Positions 31,201 through 40,922 of a stretch of DNA of 64,000 nucleotides are shown here, in pieces (positions within the stretch are counted from its first letter, which is position 1; every line of letters begins with the position of its first letter). This stretch comes from Bdellovibrionales bacterium. Its GTDB lineage: Bacteria; Bdellovibrionota; Bdellovibrionia; Bdellovibrionales; UBA1609. The notes under the pieces are model-generated. The model was not told the DNA's origin. It made no database searches and worked only from the letters and a program-made list of their open reading frames with translations. The DNA is taken from the NCBI GenBank assembly GCA_965200875.1, contig OZ241456.1:960001-1024000 (forward strand), read 5' to 3'. Both the position numbers and the translations under genes were made by a program.

Positions 31201-32441
31201 AAGAGAGGTTATCGGTACCTTATGGTTCTGTTTTAAGTGTGAAAGAAGGGGATTCAATAAAAAAAGGAGGCTTGCTTGCGGAGTGGGATCCTTATTCCAA
31301 TATTATTGTGGCAGACTGTGCTGGTCGGGTAAAATTCATTGATATTGAAGAAGGTGTATCCATGAGTGAACAAGTGGATCCCGTTACGGGTTTTGCGACT
31401 AAAGTGATTATAAAAAGTAAGTCTTCGGATCAAAAACCGATTGTGACTATTGTGGATAAAGAAGGCAACAGTATTATGCTTCCCAGGAAAAACGCGCCTG
31501 TTTCCTATACTATACCAGTGGGGGCGCATTTATTAGTCTCTGATGGGGCAGAGATTGTGGCAGGGGACATGATTGCGAAGATGCACAAAAAATCCACTAA
31601 AACAAAAGACATTACAGGAGGGCTTCCTCGTGTGGCTGAATTATTTGAAGCAAGAAAACCTAAAGAAGCTGCTATTATTTGCGAAATAGATGGAGAAGTG
31701 AGTTTTGGGAAAGACTTAAAGGGAAAGCAAAGAGTGATTGTCACTTCTAGGGATAATGAGCAAAGAGAATATTTAATTCCGAAAGGAAAACATATTGCTG
31801 TTCGTGAAGGGGAATACATTAGAGCGGGTGAAACCATTATGGATGGTCCAAGTGATCCGCATGATATTTTGCATATTTCCGGCAGTCAGGCTCTTTCCTG
31901 TTATCTGGTGGATGAGATACAAGCTGTTTATCGTCTGCAAGGGGTGGTTATTAATGACAAGCATATAGAAGTGATTGTCAGTCAGATGCTGAAAAAAGTG
32001 GAGATCACTGATTCAGGAGATACAAAATACTTGGTTGGGGAGCAAGTGGATAAACCGGAAGTATTGCGGGTAAATAAACAAATAGAGCAAGCTGGAGGAA
32101 AACCTGCTCTGTTTAAGTTGTTGCTTATGGGTATTACCAGAATGTCTTTGAGTACGGACAGCTGGATTTCAGCGGCTTCTTTTCAGGAAACCACAAAAGT
32201 TCTTACGGAAGCGGCTGTGCAATCTAAAATGGATCAGCTTTCTGGTTTAAAGGAAAACATTGTTATGGGAAGATTAATACCAGCCGGCACAGGGCTTAGT
32301 GCTTACAGGAAATGGAAACTGGTTTTTGATGAAGAGGAGGAAGAGGAGGAAGCTGTATTGCCGGGGGTGGAATTTTCCTCTCGACCGGCTACTGAAAGCC
32401 AAGTATCGGGTGCGACAGATCAGGAAAGACCATCTGTTTAA
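28266..32441 (+). CDS. rpoC: RNA polymerase beta' subunit
   Basis: NADFDGD catalytic motif, zinc-finger cysteines, GEPGTQLTM. Confidence 0.99.
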   Translation: MRDLLNFFDKPKDPLAFNGVRVSLASPDKIRTWSYGEVRKPETINYRTFKPEREGLFCAKIFGPVRDHECLCGKYKGMKYRAVICEKCGVEVTKSKVRRERIGHIQLATPVAHVWMLRSLPSRIGVLLDMNFKEVERVLYCESYVVLDAKDTELQKGQLLSESEYQAAQLKYGPHFSAGTGGEAIRDLLQELDLEFLSRKIRRELHDTKLVTLTKKLTKRLKVVETFLHSTNRPEWMMLEALPVIPPDLRPLVPLDGGRFAASDLNDLYRRVINRNNRLKKLKELNAPEVIIRNEKRMLQEAVDSLLDNGRGGKTFTSANKRPLRSLSDMLKGKQGRFRQNLLGKRVDYSGRSVIVVGPKLRLHQCGVPKKMALELFKPFVYNKLQERGLAVTIKQAKKLVDQESVEVWDILSEVVREHPVLLNRAPTLHRLGIQAFEPILHEGKAILLHPLVCTAFNADFDGDQMAVHVPLSVEAQVEARVLVMSTNNILSPANGKPIINPTQDIVLGIYWMTRIRPGAKGSGKLFSCVQDVIYAYENGYVDLQAEIKCYIKGKLVDISVGRALLSDVIPYEVPLEYYNKVMNKKALADLIDKTFRLCGGKKTVLLADALKNYGFKYSTLAGISICLDDLVIPKSKESLLKKARQQVEEIRTQYDEGLITDSERYNKVVDIWTHCGDRVAKEMMSNLEKDTFTLKDGKKVDSDSFNSIFIMADSGARGSAAQIRQLAGMRGLMAKPSQEIIETPITANFREGLTVLQYFISTHGARKGLADTALKTANSGYLTRKLVDVAQDLVITERDCGSSEYMEVKAPIEGGGMEQSLSDRVLGRTAFEDIRHPSSDELLVQAGEEISERVLSGLESAGIESVKIRSALTCQAHRGLCVKCYGRDLARGQTVNLGEPVGVIAAQSIGEPGTQLTMKTFHTGGTASRSVEQSVHTARHDGIIKFDNIVAIENKIRKLTVMNRGGDLLVVDEKGREKERLSVPYGSVLSVKEGDSIKKGGLLAEWDPYSNIIVADCAGRVKFIDIEEGVSMSEQVDPVTGFATKVIIKSKSSDQKPIVTIVDKEGNSIMLPRKNAPVSYTIPVGAHLLVSDGAEIVAGDMIAKMHKKSTKTKDITGGLPRVAELFEARKPKEAAIICEIDGEVSFGKDLKGKQRVIVTSRDNEQREYLIPKGKHIAVREGEYIRAGETIMDGPSDPHDILHISGSQALSCYLVDEIQAVYRLQGVVINDKHIEVIVSQMLKKVEITDSGDTKYLVGEQVDKPEVLRVNKQIEQAGGKPALFKLLLMGITRMSLSTDSWISAASFQETTKVLTEAAVQSKMDQLSGLKENIVMGRLIPAGTGLSAYRKWKLVFDEEEEEEEAVLPGVEFSSRPATESQVSGATDQERPSV

Positions 32442-32595
32442 TGAAATTTTTTGAGGTTGATGATATGGCGACATGTACTGTTCTTGTTCTCCTGAATTTG
32501 TTGTTTATATATATTCTCCATCCCAAAGTTGGTGATATGCAGATAAGGCAATGGCAACAAACAATACTAATGGCATAGCAGACTTTTTCATAGCA

Positions 32596-33819
32596 CTAGT
32601 GGTCTTGTTCTTTTACTGGCAGGATATAAGTTCGGATGGAAGTGCTTAAAGAGTTAATAGCTTGGTAAAGTTGCTTTGTGTGTCTATCTTCCACATCCAT
32701 AATCAAGTAACCTATATCGTCTTTTGTGGATAGATATTGACTTTGAATATTGATTTTCAAATTGGAAACCAACCCATTAATACTACCCAATACCCCTGGT
32801 ACATTTTGATGTATGTTAACCAATCTTTTTCCCGACTTTGATGGTTCTAAAACCGGAGGGTTAAGAATCGGAAAATTAATGGCCCCTTCTGTTATTCCAT
32901 GAAAAAGATACTTCACTATGGAAGCACTCACTTGTTTGGCAATATTTTTTTGCGCCTCTTCCGTGCTACCTGCGATATGAGGAGTAAGAATCACCTGCTC
33001 CATGCCTTGTAACTCACAGGAAAAAGAACTGGTTTTACTTTGTGGTTCTTTAGGAAACACATCTAAACTTACTCCGGCCAAATGTTTTTCCGATAATGCC
33101 TTCTTCACATCTATCAGGTTAACTACACTTCCCCGGCTGGTGTTAATAAGAAATGAACCTTTTTTCATCCACTTTAATTGTTTTTCTTGGATCATATTTT
33201 TTGTCAAAGCCGTTTGAGGTACATGTAATGTCACAAAATCAGAACACTTCATCAAATCTTTCAAATTTTTTACCGGTTTAGCATTCCCCAATGGCAAAGT
33301 TTCGATAATATCAAAATAAATCACTTTCATTCCCATTGCTTCCGCTAGTATGCTGACTTGTGTGCCAATATGACCATATCCCACAATCCCCAAAGTTTTC
33401 CCTCTTACTTCCCGACTGCCTTGAGCAGTTTTACTCCATTTTTTTTGGTGCAAAAGCTGATTAAACTTATAGGTTTGGCGGGAAAGCGCGATAATATGTG
33501 AGATTACTAATTCTGCTACACTTCTGGTATTGCCATAAGGGGCGTTAAAAACTGGCACACCCATTTTACGGGCTGACTCCAAGGCAATTTGATCAGTGCC
33601 AATACAAAAAGCTCCAATAAGTCTTAACTCTGGGCAAAGTGCTTTTAGAATATCTTTTGTAATGTGGGTTTGGGATCGAACACCTAAAGCTCTACAGTTT
33701 GTTTGCTTAACCAGTTCATCAAAGCTGGGAGCAGATTTTATATGCTCCACTGTAAGGCCCTGTGCACTTAAATATTCATCTGCGGATTTATGGACACCTT
33801 CCAATAATAAACATTTCAT
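32596..33819 (-). CDS. serA: D-3-phosphoglycerate dehydrogenase with ACT domain
   Basis: FCIGT, NTRSVAE, GYGHIG, TPHIAGSTEEAQ, HQNVPGVL; AAGGAG SD before ATG 33819. Confidence 0.93.
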   Translation of the reverse strand: MKCLLLEGVHKSADEYLSAQGLTVEHIKSAPSFDELVKQTNCRALGVRSQTHITKDILKALCPELRLIGAFCIGTDQIALESARKMGVPVFNAPYGNTRSVAELVISHIIALSRQTYKFNQLLHQKKWSKTAQGSREVRGKTLGIVGYGHIGTQVSILAEAMGMKVIYFDIIETLPLGNAKPVKNLKDLMKCSDFVTLHVPQTALTKNMIQEKQLKWMKKGSFLINTSRGSVVNLIDVKKALSEKHLAGVSLDVFPKEPQSKTSSFSCELQGMEQVILTPHIAGSTEEAQKNIAKQVSASIVKYLFHGITEGAINFPILNPPVLEPSKSGKRLVNIHQNVPGVLGSINGLVSNLKINIQSQYLSTKDDIGYLIMDVEDRHTKQLYQAINSLSTSIRTYILPVKEQDH

Positions 33820-33984
33820 AATAAACTCCTTTGTTTTCAAAATAGCAGAGTTGGTCTGAAAAGTTGATTTTTTTTCACTGATTTGTGCCTGACTTTCAAA
33901 TTTTTATTACCTTTTGAAAACCCAGTAAAATATAGAGATTTGCCAAAAGAATTGCAAAAAGTCAAAGATTTCTGATACTTTCGG

Positions 33985-34081
33985 GTGTTTTCAGTATTTC
34001 TGAATTGTCAAAATATTGTTTAGATTTTTTTCACAATCGGCCTATAGTTTTCAAAGTGTTTTCAGTATTTCTGAATTGTCA
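33985..34081. repeat. 26-bp direct repeat in the divergent serA/acyltransferase promoter region
   Basis: gtgttttcagtatttctgaattgtca at 33985-34010 and 34056-34081. Confidence 0.85.
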
Positions 34082-34175
34082 CAGAAGTATCAATCATGGT
34101 GTAGCCAAAAATAGTAGACACTCCACCTCTTTCCATTTACTTATAAAATAACCTATAAAATATGTAGAGAAAACC

Positions 34176-34943
34176 ATGATACAGGAATTGCAAAAAAATA
34201 CGGAAGAAATGGACATATCCGGCGAGCCTAATATTTGGGATATGTTTGATTATGAAAAGATATCGAGTCGCTTATTCACTAGGGGTATATGGGCACTTTT
34301 TCTGCGATTAGCTTTTAAGTTTTATGTGCGTTTAAGGGTGAAGGGAAACTTTAAAGGCTTTTACAAAAAATATCCAAAACTGATTATCATATCAAATCAT
34401 GCCAGTCACTTGGATGGACCAGCTATTTTAACCTCCATTCCTTTCACTCATTGGATGGATCTTTATATTTTAGCGGCCAGAGATTACTGGTTCAGTAGCA
34501 GGGCTTTACGATTTTTTTCAAAATATTTTTTAGGAGCTATCCCCGTGGATCGAGCCACTAAGAGAACAGATTCTATAAAAAGGTGTGTTAATCTTTTAAA
34601 TGATTTGAAAAGAATCTGGATAGTTATGTTTCCTGAAGGCACTCGCTCCATAGATGGTTCTCTCAAGCCTTTTAAAAATGGAGTGGGTCTTTTTTCTCAA
34701 AAAACCAATACTCCGGTTTTGTTCCTCTACCTGCAAAAAAACCGAAGTTTATGGCCAAAAGGAAAAAGTTTCCCTCTCCCCGGAAAAATGTATTTGCATG
34801 TAGGGCCTGTGCAGGAACCGGGAGATACGAATACCATTTTTAATCATTATAAGAAATGGACAGAGGAAGTGGAGGAAAAAATTAAAAAGAAAAAACGATT
34901 CAGAGGCTTATACAGGAAGAAAGTCCAAGCCAGTTCTAGATGA
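34176..34943 (+). CDS. Lysophospholipid (PlsC-family) acyltransferase
   Basis: NHASHLD and FPEGTRS motifs. Confidence 0.9.
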   Translation: MIQELQKNTEEMDISGEPNIWDMFDYEKISSRLFTRGIWALFLRLAFKFYVRLRVKGNFKGFYKKYPKLIIISNHASHLDGPAILTSIPFTHWMDLYILAARDYWFSSRALRFFSKYFLGAIPVDRATKRTDSIKRCVNLLNDLKRIWIVMFPEGTRSIDGSLKPFKNGVGLFSQKTNTPVLFLYLQKNRSLWPKGKSFPLPGKMYLHVGPVQEPGDTNTIFNHYKKWTEEVEEKIKKKKRFRGLYRKKVQASSR

Positions 34944-35016
34944 ATATTCATAAAAAGACATAACTTGCTACTCATGTGAAGTATAAAGTTGTAAAATCCG
35001 AAACAAAAGGACAGTC

Positions 35017-36321
35017 ATGTTAAACACAAATTCAGAAAAAGTGGTGAAGAAACTACTCACTCCTTTTGAAAAATTTTTTTCTTTGGAAGCAAGTTCTGGT
35101 ATTGTTTTACTTTTCTTTGCTTTATTGGCTTTATCTTGGGCCAACTCTCCCTGGTCTGATTTTTATCACAAACTTTTATACTATCCTTTAGGGTTTCATA
35201 TTGGTAAATTCTCTCTTTCTTTTTCCCTTCACCATTGGGTGAATGATGCTTTAATGGTTATTTTCTTTTTTGTCGTAGGTTTGGAAATCAAAAGAGAGTT
35301 GAGTGTAGGGGAGCTTTCCACTCCCAAAAAAGCGGCTTTGCCTATTTTTGCAGCTTTAGGGGGTATGTTGGTCCCGGCTCTTTTTTATCTGAGTTTCAAT
35401 CACACAGGACCTACTCAAGTGGGTTGGGGTATTCCAATGGCGACTGATATTGCTTTTGCGGTTGGTGTTTTAAGTCTTATGTCTAAAAGAGTGCCATTCT
35501 CACTCAAGGTGTTTCTTTTAGCGTTGGCTATCGTAGACGATCTAGGTGCGGTTTTGGTAATAGCGTTTTTCTACTCTCAGGACATTGCAGGGAGGTTTTT
35601 AACTTTTTCTGGGTTAATGGTTTTTATTATTTTTTGTGCTCGTAAAGTAGGCATCCGGCATATAGCGTTTTATGTTTTTTGCGGAGTTGGTCTTTGGTTT
35701 TTTGTATTAAAAAGCGGTGTGCATTCCACAGTGGCTGGGGTAATTTTGGGTTTAATGTGTCCAGCTAAAAAAACTAAAGATAAAACTTCAACCTTGGAAA
35801 ATATTAAAGAATTTTCTGTATCCTCTTACAAGGACACAAAGCGGATTTTACGCTCCATCCGTTCCCTTCATACTCCTGCACATTATTTGATTGAAACTCT
35901 GCACCCTTATGTAACATGGATTATTATGCCGACATTTGCTTTTTTTAATGCGGGAGTGACCTTTCAATCCAGCTTTTCTTTTATGGAGTTCATATCTCAC
36001 CCAGTTTCTTTGGGTATTTTGTGGGGTCTTCTTTTAGGAAAACCCATTGGCATTATTTTGTTTTCCTTTCTTGCTGTTCGGTTAAAACTAGCTGTTTGGC
36101 CTACTGACTTTAACTGGAAAATACTTACAGGTGTAGGTTTTTTGGCAGGTATTGGTTTCACTATGGCACTGTTTATTTCTCACCTCAGTTTTGAGTCTCA
36201 ACCTGATCTGGGCATTTATTCTAAGCTCAGTATTTTACTAGCTTCTTTATTAGCTATGTTGATAGGTTTAGCTTTTATTGCTTCTTCCAAAAAACTAAAC
36301 TCAAAAACCTCTAAAAAATAA
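35017..36321 (+). CDS. nhaA: Na+/H+ antiporter NhaA
   Basis: WVNDALM.IFFF.VGLEIKRE, PMATDIAFA, LAIVDD, GIGFTMALFI. Confidence 0.97.
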   Translation: MLNTNSEKVVKKLLTPFEKFFSLEASSGIVLLFFALLALSWANSPWSDFYHKLLYYPLGFHIGKFSLSFSLHHWVNDALMVIFFFVVGLEIKRELSVGELSTPKKAALPIFAALGGMLVPALFYLSFNHTGPTQVGWGIPMATDIAFAVGVLSLMSKRVPFSLKVFLLALAIVDDLGAVLVIAFFYSQDIAGRFLTFSGLMVFIIFCARKVGIRHIAFYVFCGVGLWFFVLKSGVHSTVAGVILGLMCPAKKTKDKTSTLENIKEFSVSSYKDTKRILRSIRSLHTPAHYLIETLHPYVTWIIMPTFAFFNAGVTFQSSFSFMEFISHPVSLGILWGLLLGKPIGIILFSFLAVRLKLAVWPTDFNWKILTGVGFLAGIGFTMALFISHLSFESQPDLGIYSKLSILLASLLAMLIGLAFIASSKKLNSKTSKK

Positions 36322-36382
36322 AATGGACCAGTATATTGCAGTATGTGGCGCGTGCAGTATAAGGTCTGGCAGAGTATAGGCT

Positions 36383-36400
36383 GGGCAGGGGAGGGGTGGG
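36383..36400 (+). other. Canonical G-quadruplex motif
   Basis: GGG-CA-GGGG-A-GGGG-T-GGG. Confidence 0.6.
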
Positions 36401-36467
36401 TTGCTTGGCAGTATGTGTAGTAGCAGTATGGACAAAAGAAGCAAAATTGTATATTGTGGTTTTTATG

Positions 36468-36541
36468 GGTGGCGTAGCTCAGCTGGATAGAGCATGAGCC
36501 TTCTAAGCTCAGGGTCGCAGGTTCGAATCCTGCCGCCATCA
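36468..36541 (+). tRNA. tRNA-Arg(TCT)
   Basis: GGTGGCG/CGCCATC acceptor; tgagc-ctTCTaa-gctca; GGTTCGAATCC. Confidence 0.95.
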
Positions 36542-36596
36542 CTTAAAAAAGAACCTCCTTTCAGCCTGTTTCTTTTGCCTTTTTGACAGAATTAAA

Positions 36597-37436
36597 TCAG
36601 CCTCTTGCGGGACACAACTGGGGATGTATCTCCCCTAATCCTATTGCTACTACTCCTGCTCCTAATAGCATTGCTACTGCAGTTCCTGCTATTACTCCTG
36701 CCCCTGTTGCTATTGTCAATCCTGTTGTTGCTACAACCAATGTTGTAACTACTCCTCCTATTACTACTAATGGAATTGTGTCGATTTGGGTGAATTTCAT
36801 TTTTTTTGCTATTCCTCCTATTACTATTCCTCCTGCTATTCCTGCTACTACTCCTACTCCAATTACTCCTGCTCCTAATGCTCCTGCTACTCCTGTTCCT
36901 CCTGCTACTATTGCCACTGCATGAGGATTAGAACATACAAAATCTCCCAAGCCCTCCCCCTCTAAATTTAAACCAGCTGTTTGTAAATATCCCCTTGGAA
37001 CAAAAGAAGAATCAACAGGAGCATACGAAGAAAGAGAACTCGCTAAAATCTCTTCTGAATCTCTCACCAAAACTGTATCTTCCTCATCACAAAGAATCAT
37101 CTCTTTGGTCATGTTGTCGTACATAAAACATTTCTTCGCCGTATCCAAAAAAGCCACACGAATCATTCCCTCACTTTCAGACGATTCTGATGATACACTC
37201 TCTTTTCCGGGAAGAATAAACATCCTCTGAATGTCATCTGCACCTAAATGCTCAAGACCTGCTTTCATCTGAGAAGCTTGCTCTTTCATCTCCAAAACCT
37301 CCTGAGGACCAAGAGAAAAATTATTTATCTTGTGGCTATCCGTATGATCACTTGGCTTTGGAGGTACATGGGCATAACCTGAAAGTGGTAACAGTGGAAC
37401 AAAAACCACCATCAAATAATACATTAATTTTTTCAT
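36597..37436 (-). CDS. Secreted protein with a Gly/Ala-rich glycine-zipper-like hydrophobic C-terminus
   Basis: Signal peptide, GGAGGA SD, repeated GxxxG motifs bracketed by two Cys. Confidence 0.7.
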   Translation of the reverse strand: MKKLMYYLMVVFVPLLPLSGYAHVPPKPSDHTDSHKINNFSLGPQEVLEMKEQASQMKAGLEHLGADDIQRMFILPGKESVSSESSESEGMIRVAFLDTAKKCFMYDNMTKEMILCDEEDTVLVRDSEEILASSLSSYAPVDSSFVPRGYLQTAGLNLEGEGLGDFVCSNPHAVAIVAGGTGVAGALGAGVIGVGVVAGIAGGIVIGGIAKKMKFTQIDTIPLVVIGGVVTTLVVATTGLTIATGAGVIAGTAVAMLLGAGVVAIGLGEIHPQLCPARG

Positions 37437-37778
37437 AATAATCCTCCTGTTTTTTTGTTAAAATTCCTCTACTTGTCTGTCAATCTTGCACAGGCAGGAA
37501 TCTCCTGACTTTTGAGAAGATGTAACACAAGTGGTTGACTTAACTAAACGGCCTTATTCAAAGCCGACCAACACACAGATACTTAAGACTGATTTGTGAG
37601 CTGTGAAAGTTTATAAATAAAGGACTTTAAGTGTGGTTGCAATAATTTTTTAAAGATAGTGAAAACTTTACACTATTATGAAAAAAAGTACATACTTTGC
37701 ACTATCTCCTATCCTTTCAAAGCCTCATCCAATATAAAAAATTCCTGTCCATCAGGTTTTATCCTACCAGACTCTTCT

Positions 37779-37932
37779 CTATAATCATACTGGTTTATTG
37801 ATATGGAAAATCTTACAAATCTCAAAGCTATATTGCATTCAAAACGTGCTAATATTTATTATTTGGAAAAATGCCGGATAATGCAAAAAGATGGAAGTTA
37901 ACTGAAGATAAACAAAACAAAAAATAATTGAA
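37779..37932 (+). pseudogene. cas1 5' stub (32 codons, 37803-37901)
   Basis: Copy of 41407-~41570 with a 2-bp and a 10-bp deletion that create a stop. Confidence 0.92.
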
Positions 37933-38068
37933 ATGTGGAACTGAACAACGTTTTACGGCAAAATGAAGTATGTAAAAAGCTGTTTGCTCATACACAAAGT
38001 TAAATATTGTATTAAAAAAAAAACACCTTTAAGATATAAGAAATATTATCTTCACTCTGAGGTTTTAT

Positions 38069-39040
38069 ATGACAAAAACAACAAAAAAATTGCCTGTCGG
38101 GCATCACGATATATTTTTTAAAGCGTGCTATTCCAACCCCTGCTTTGCCAAGGAGTTGTTTCAGCTAGTTCTTTCTAAAGAGGAGTTAGCCATCTTTGAC
38201 TGGGAGAACCTCAAGGCTGAAAAAGACAGCTTTCAGGATCTAAGGGCAGACTTGGTTTTTTCTGTTCCGCTTAAAAATCAGCCAGGTAAGAAAGCCAAAC
38301 TTTGTTTGCTTTTAGAACATAAGTCTCGTTTCAGTCGCCGAATGTATCATCAGGTTCTTAAATACAAAACCCTTATTATAGGTAAGAGTCTGGAGAAAGT
38401 AGAGGATGATTGCCTTGTTATAGCATCTGTATTTTATCATGGAAAAGAACCTTGGAAGTGGGCAAAATCATTCAAAAAAGGACTTTGGGGGCGTATTTTG
38501 CCGGAAATTCCTTCTTCTTTGGAAAAGGATATGTTAGATTATGGGATAAGGGTTTTAGACACCCATGATCCCAAAGTGGAGAAAGCCATTTGTGACAAAA
38601 ATTTTAAGAGTCGTGGTTTTTTAAGTGCGTTAAAGAAAGTATGGTCTTTCAAAGCAGAAGAGAAGGAATTGAAAGAGATAGTTTCGTTATTTGATAACTG
38701 GACTGGTGACAAAGAAGATTTAGTACTAAGTGTGGGAGATTATTTTTGGTCGTCTGTTTCCGGTATGACAAAGGAATTATGGGAGAAGTTGGAACATGAG
38801 GCTGTTATTAAAGGTATTTTTTCAAAAGGAGGTTATATGAACATAAGAGAGCACATTAAAGAGGAAGGGCGACAAGAAGGTATGCAACAAGGTATGCAAC
38901 AGGGTATGCAACAGGGTATGCAACAGGGTCAAAAAGAGCTGATTTTAAAATTACTTAAAAATGGTGTGGATTTGCAGGTTCTTTGCAAAGGCACGGGACT
39001 TTCCGAAGAAGAAATTAAAAAACTTAATAACAGTGACTAA
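38069..39040 (+). CDS. Rpn/YhgA-like PD-(D/E)XK nuclease, copy 1
   Basis: HHDIFFK, RADLVFSV, LLEHKS, VFYHG; C-terminal EGxQEG(MQQG)n and TGLS.EEI tail. Confidence 0.9.
   Translation: MTKTTKKLPVGHHDIFFKACYSNPCFAKELFQLVLSKEELAIFDWENLKAEKDSFQDLRADLVFSVPLKNQPGKKAKLCLLLEHKSRFSRRMYHQVLKYKTLIIGKSLEKVEDDCLVIASVFYHGKEPWKWAKSFKKGLWGRILPEIPSSLEKDMLDYGIRVLDTHDPKVEKAICDKNFKSRGFLSALKKVWSFKAEEKELKEIVSLFDNWTGDKEDLVLSVGDYFWSSVSGMTKELWEKLEHEAVIKGIFSKGGYMNIREHIKEEGRQEGMQQGMQQGMQQGMQQGQKELILKLLKNGVDLQVLCKGTGLSEEEIKKLNNSD
38837..39040 (+). CDS. Putative in-frame internal small protein (RpnS-type antitoxin), 67 aa
   Basis: AAAGGAGG-ttat-ATG in frame within rpn. Confidence 0.6.
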   Translation: MNIREHIKEEGRQEGMQQGMQQGMQQGMQQGQKELILKLLKNGVDLQVLCKGTGLSEEEIKKLNNSD

Positions 39041-39124
39041 GAATGCCAAATAATTTTCTTTCAGGCGAGTTCAGTTTTAGGCACATCACGGCTGAAAGAC
39101 GTGCGCATGGCAAAATAAAGCTAG

Positions 39125-39270
39125 CCTCTCTCTGAATGGAAAAGAGTTGAGCAGTTGGCAATAGAAAGAAGTTTATTAAAAAGAGGAGGTTATATGGACA
39201 TAAGAGAAGAGATTAAATTAGTAGGTATACAAGAAGGCATGCAGAAAGGTCTAAGAGAAGGTATGCAAAG
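39125..39270 (+). pseudogene. 3' fragment of a divergent rpn paralogue retaining SD + internal ATG (39194)
   Basis: EWKRVEQLAIERSLLKRGGYMDIREEIK...QEGMQKGLREGMQ aligns to ELWEKLEHEAVIKGIFSKGGYMNIREHIK...QEGMQQG. Confidence 0.75.
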
Positions 39271-39489
39271 TAGATCGCTGACGGGTGAAAATGCCATTTT
39301 AGCAGGTTTATCGCTTAGTATGAAAAAGAATTTTGCTTTAGTCAGACATTGTGCTTTAATTGAGGGACATGAGTGTAAATTTTGTAATCGTGCCATACTT
39401 TTCTTTATTTTTGTCAAGCAGGCGTTGCGTTTTAATTGCGAGGCTTAAGGTTTTGGTTCCCTAGTTTTCTGAAGAGGTTATTTTTTAAT

Positions 39490-40212
39490 ATGTCTCAAAA
39501 ATACGCAAATCCACCTATAAAAGAAGCTGTTTTTGATTTTCAGGTGAGAGGGGGTAACCCTTTTAGCCAAAAATCCTATCAACAGTTTTTAGATAAAAAC
39601 GCTGGGTATGTTGTAGCCGGAAAGATGCGGGATGTAAATGTTTCTACAGAAACCGAGCTTGTAGAAGCAAAAACGGAACTCATCGGATATAGAGCTTCTA
39701 ATAAAAACAACACACAAATTGTGCAGTTCAAAAAAAATGGACTTAGTTTTAGCCAATTGGAACCATATAGTGGCTGGGACAAAAGCTATAAAGAAGCTTT
39801 AAAACTATGGCAAATATATTGTGAGGTTAGAAAGCCACAAACCATTACCAGACTCGCCGTTCGTTTTATCAATCGATTTCAAATTTCCGATATATTTACC
39901 GAACCTTCAGAGTATTTTAGTGGGTACATTAAATATGATAAAAGTATCTCTCCCACTTGGCATCAAATGTCTTATAAGCTCTTATTCTCACATAATCAAG
40001 GTATTAAATCACATATTATAAGTGATGCTTTAGTGAATCAACAGAACTCAAGTGTAAATATTCTTCTTGATATAGATGTTTTTTCGGATGGGCTGGCTTT
40101 GTCTGCGAAAGAAGTGCTTGGAGTGGAAAATGTTTTTAAAGTTCTTCGGCAAATAAAAAATAATATTTTTGAAAAAAGTATAACAGATAAAACAAAAGAT
40201 TTGATAAAATGA
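39490..40212 (+). CDS. TIGR04255-like family protein
   Basis: N-terminal Y.NPPIKEAVFDF, Y.GW, RLAVRFINRF, LLDID, K.NIFE..IT; ATG 39490 preferred. Confidence 0.75.
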   Translation: MSQKYANPPIKEAVFDFQVRGGNPFSQKSYQQFLDKNAGYVVAGKMRDVNVSTETELVEAKTELIGYRASNKNNTQIVQFKKNGLSFSQLEPYSGWDKSYKEALKLWQIYCEVRKPQTITRLAVRFINRFQISDIFTEPSEYFSGYIKYDKSISPTWHQMSYKLLFSHNQGIKSHIISDALVNQQNSSVNILLDIDVFSDGLALSAKEVLGVENVFKVLRQIKNNIFEKSITDKTKDLIK

Positions 40213-40862
40213 CAACACCCTTGCAAAGCCCTGTTCATAATCAAATCCGCATTAATGTTTTGAATCTACTTCAAAACAAAGAAAATGTTTGGTGCATAAA
40301 TGGCAGATCGATATATCACAATTCAATGGAAAATTCAGTGGTGGGTGCTCCCTCTGAGTATTTAAGTCGCCAGAAGCTTAGAATGCCCGAAGAGGTAGTA
40401 GATACAAAGAAGTTTGTCATCGTAAGTATACCCTCTTATAGGTCACGGGGATATGAAGACACACTTCTTAGTGAAAGACCATTACAGTTTTATGATGAAA
40501 AACCATTACAAGATTTAGAACATAAAATTATACAAGTGCATGATGAGCATCAAACAGAAAATTGGGATGGCTATGGAGCTAAGCCCGTTCAAAATTTGTC
40601 ACAAGCTTTACACTTTGCTAAAGCACTGTTTCAAGAATCCAGGTTGTTTGTTGAAAAAGTGGATATTACTCCTGAAAATGACAGTGCTATTTGTTTTGAG
40701 TGGTTTTTATCTAATGAACAATATGTGGCTATATCAGTAAAAAATGACAAACTTATTTATCATTATCAATCAGGAGAGGGAAAAGGTTGTGGGGAAACAA
40801 ATTTTTTCGGCAAGCAGATGCTTTTTGAAAAGATAAAACAAATGGGTTATGGACTCAGTTAA
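40209..40862 (+). CDS. Hypothetical protein (NWDGYGA.P / I.FEW C-terminal domain)
   Basis: ATGA overlap with the upstream gene; conserved-looking C-terminal motifs. Confidence 0.7.
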   Translation: MTTPLQSPVHNQIRINVLNLLQNKENVWCINGRSIYHNSMENSVVGAPSEYLSRQKLRMPEEVVDTKKFVIVSIPSYRSRGYEDTLLSERPLQFYDEKPLQDLEHKIIQVHDEHQTENWDGYGAKPVQNLSQALHFAKALFQESRLFVEKVDITPENDSAICFEWFLSNEQYVAISVKNDKLIYHYQSGEGKGCGETNFFGKQMLFEKIKQMGYGLS

Positions 40863-40922
40863 TCTGTGGTCTTTTCAAAAAGTGAAATTTTAAGTTATTA
40901 AGTTTCAGATGAAGTTGGTATT

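Larger units (their letters stand above)
37933..39061 (+). repeat. ~1.13-kb direct repeat, copy 1 (CRISPR trailer + rpn)
   Basis: Near-identical to 52166-53306, offset 14233 bp at the 5' end. Confidence 0.95.

Noticed and set aside
36583..36924. Pro/Thr/Ala-rich plus-strand ORF
   Set aside because: Antisense shadow of the Gly/Val/Ala-rich tail of ORF 36597-37436, which has the SD and signal peptide.
37485..37500. gcacaggcag match to the CRISPR repeat (possible solitary repeat unit, Racr- or CreA-like)
   Set aside because: Only 10 nt match, the CTGCC left arm of the Cas6f hairpin is absent, and it is better explained as a minus-strand remnant of the ATTCCC-N8-GGGAAT element.
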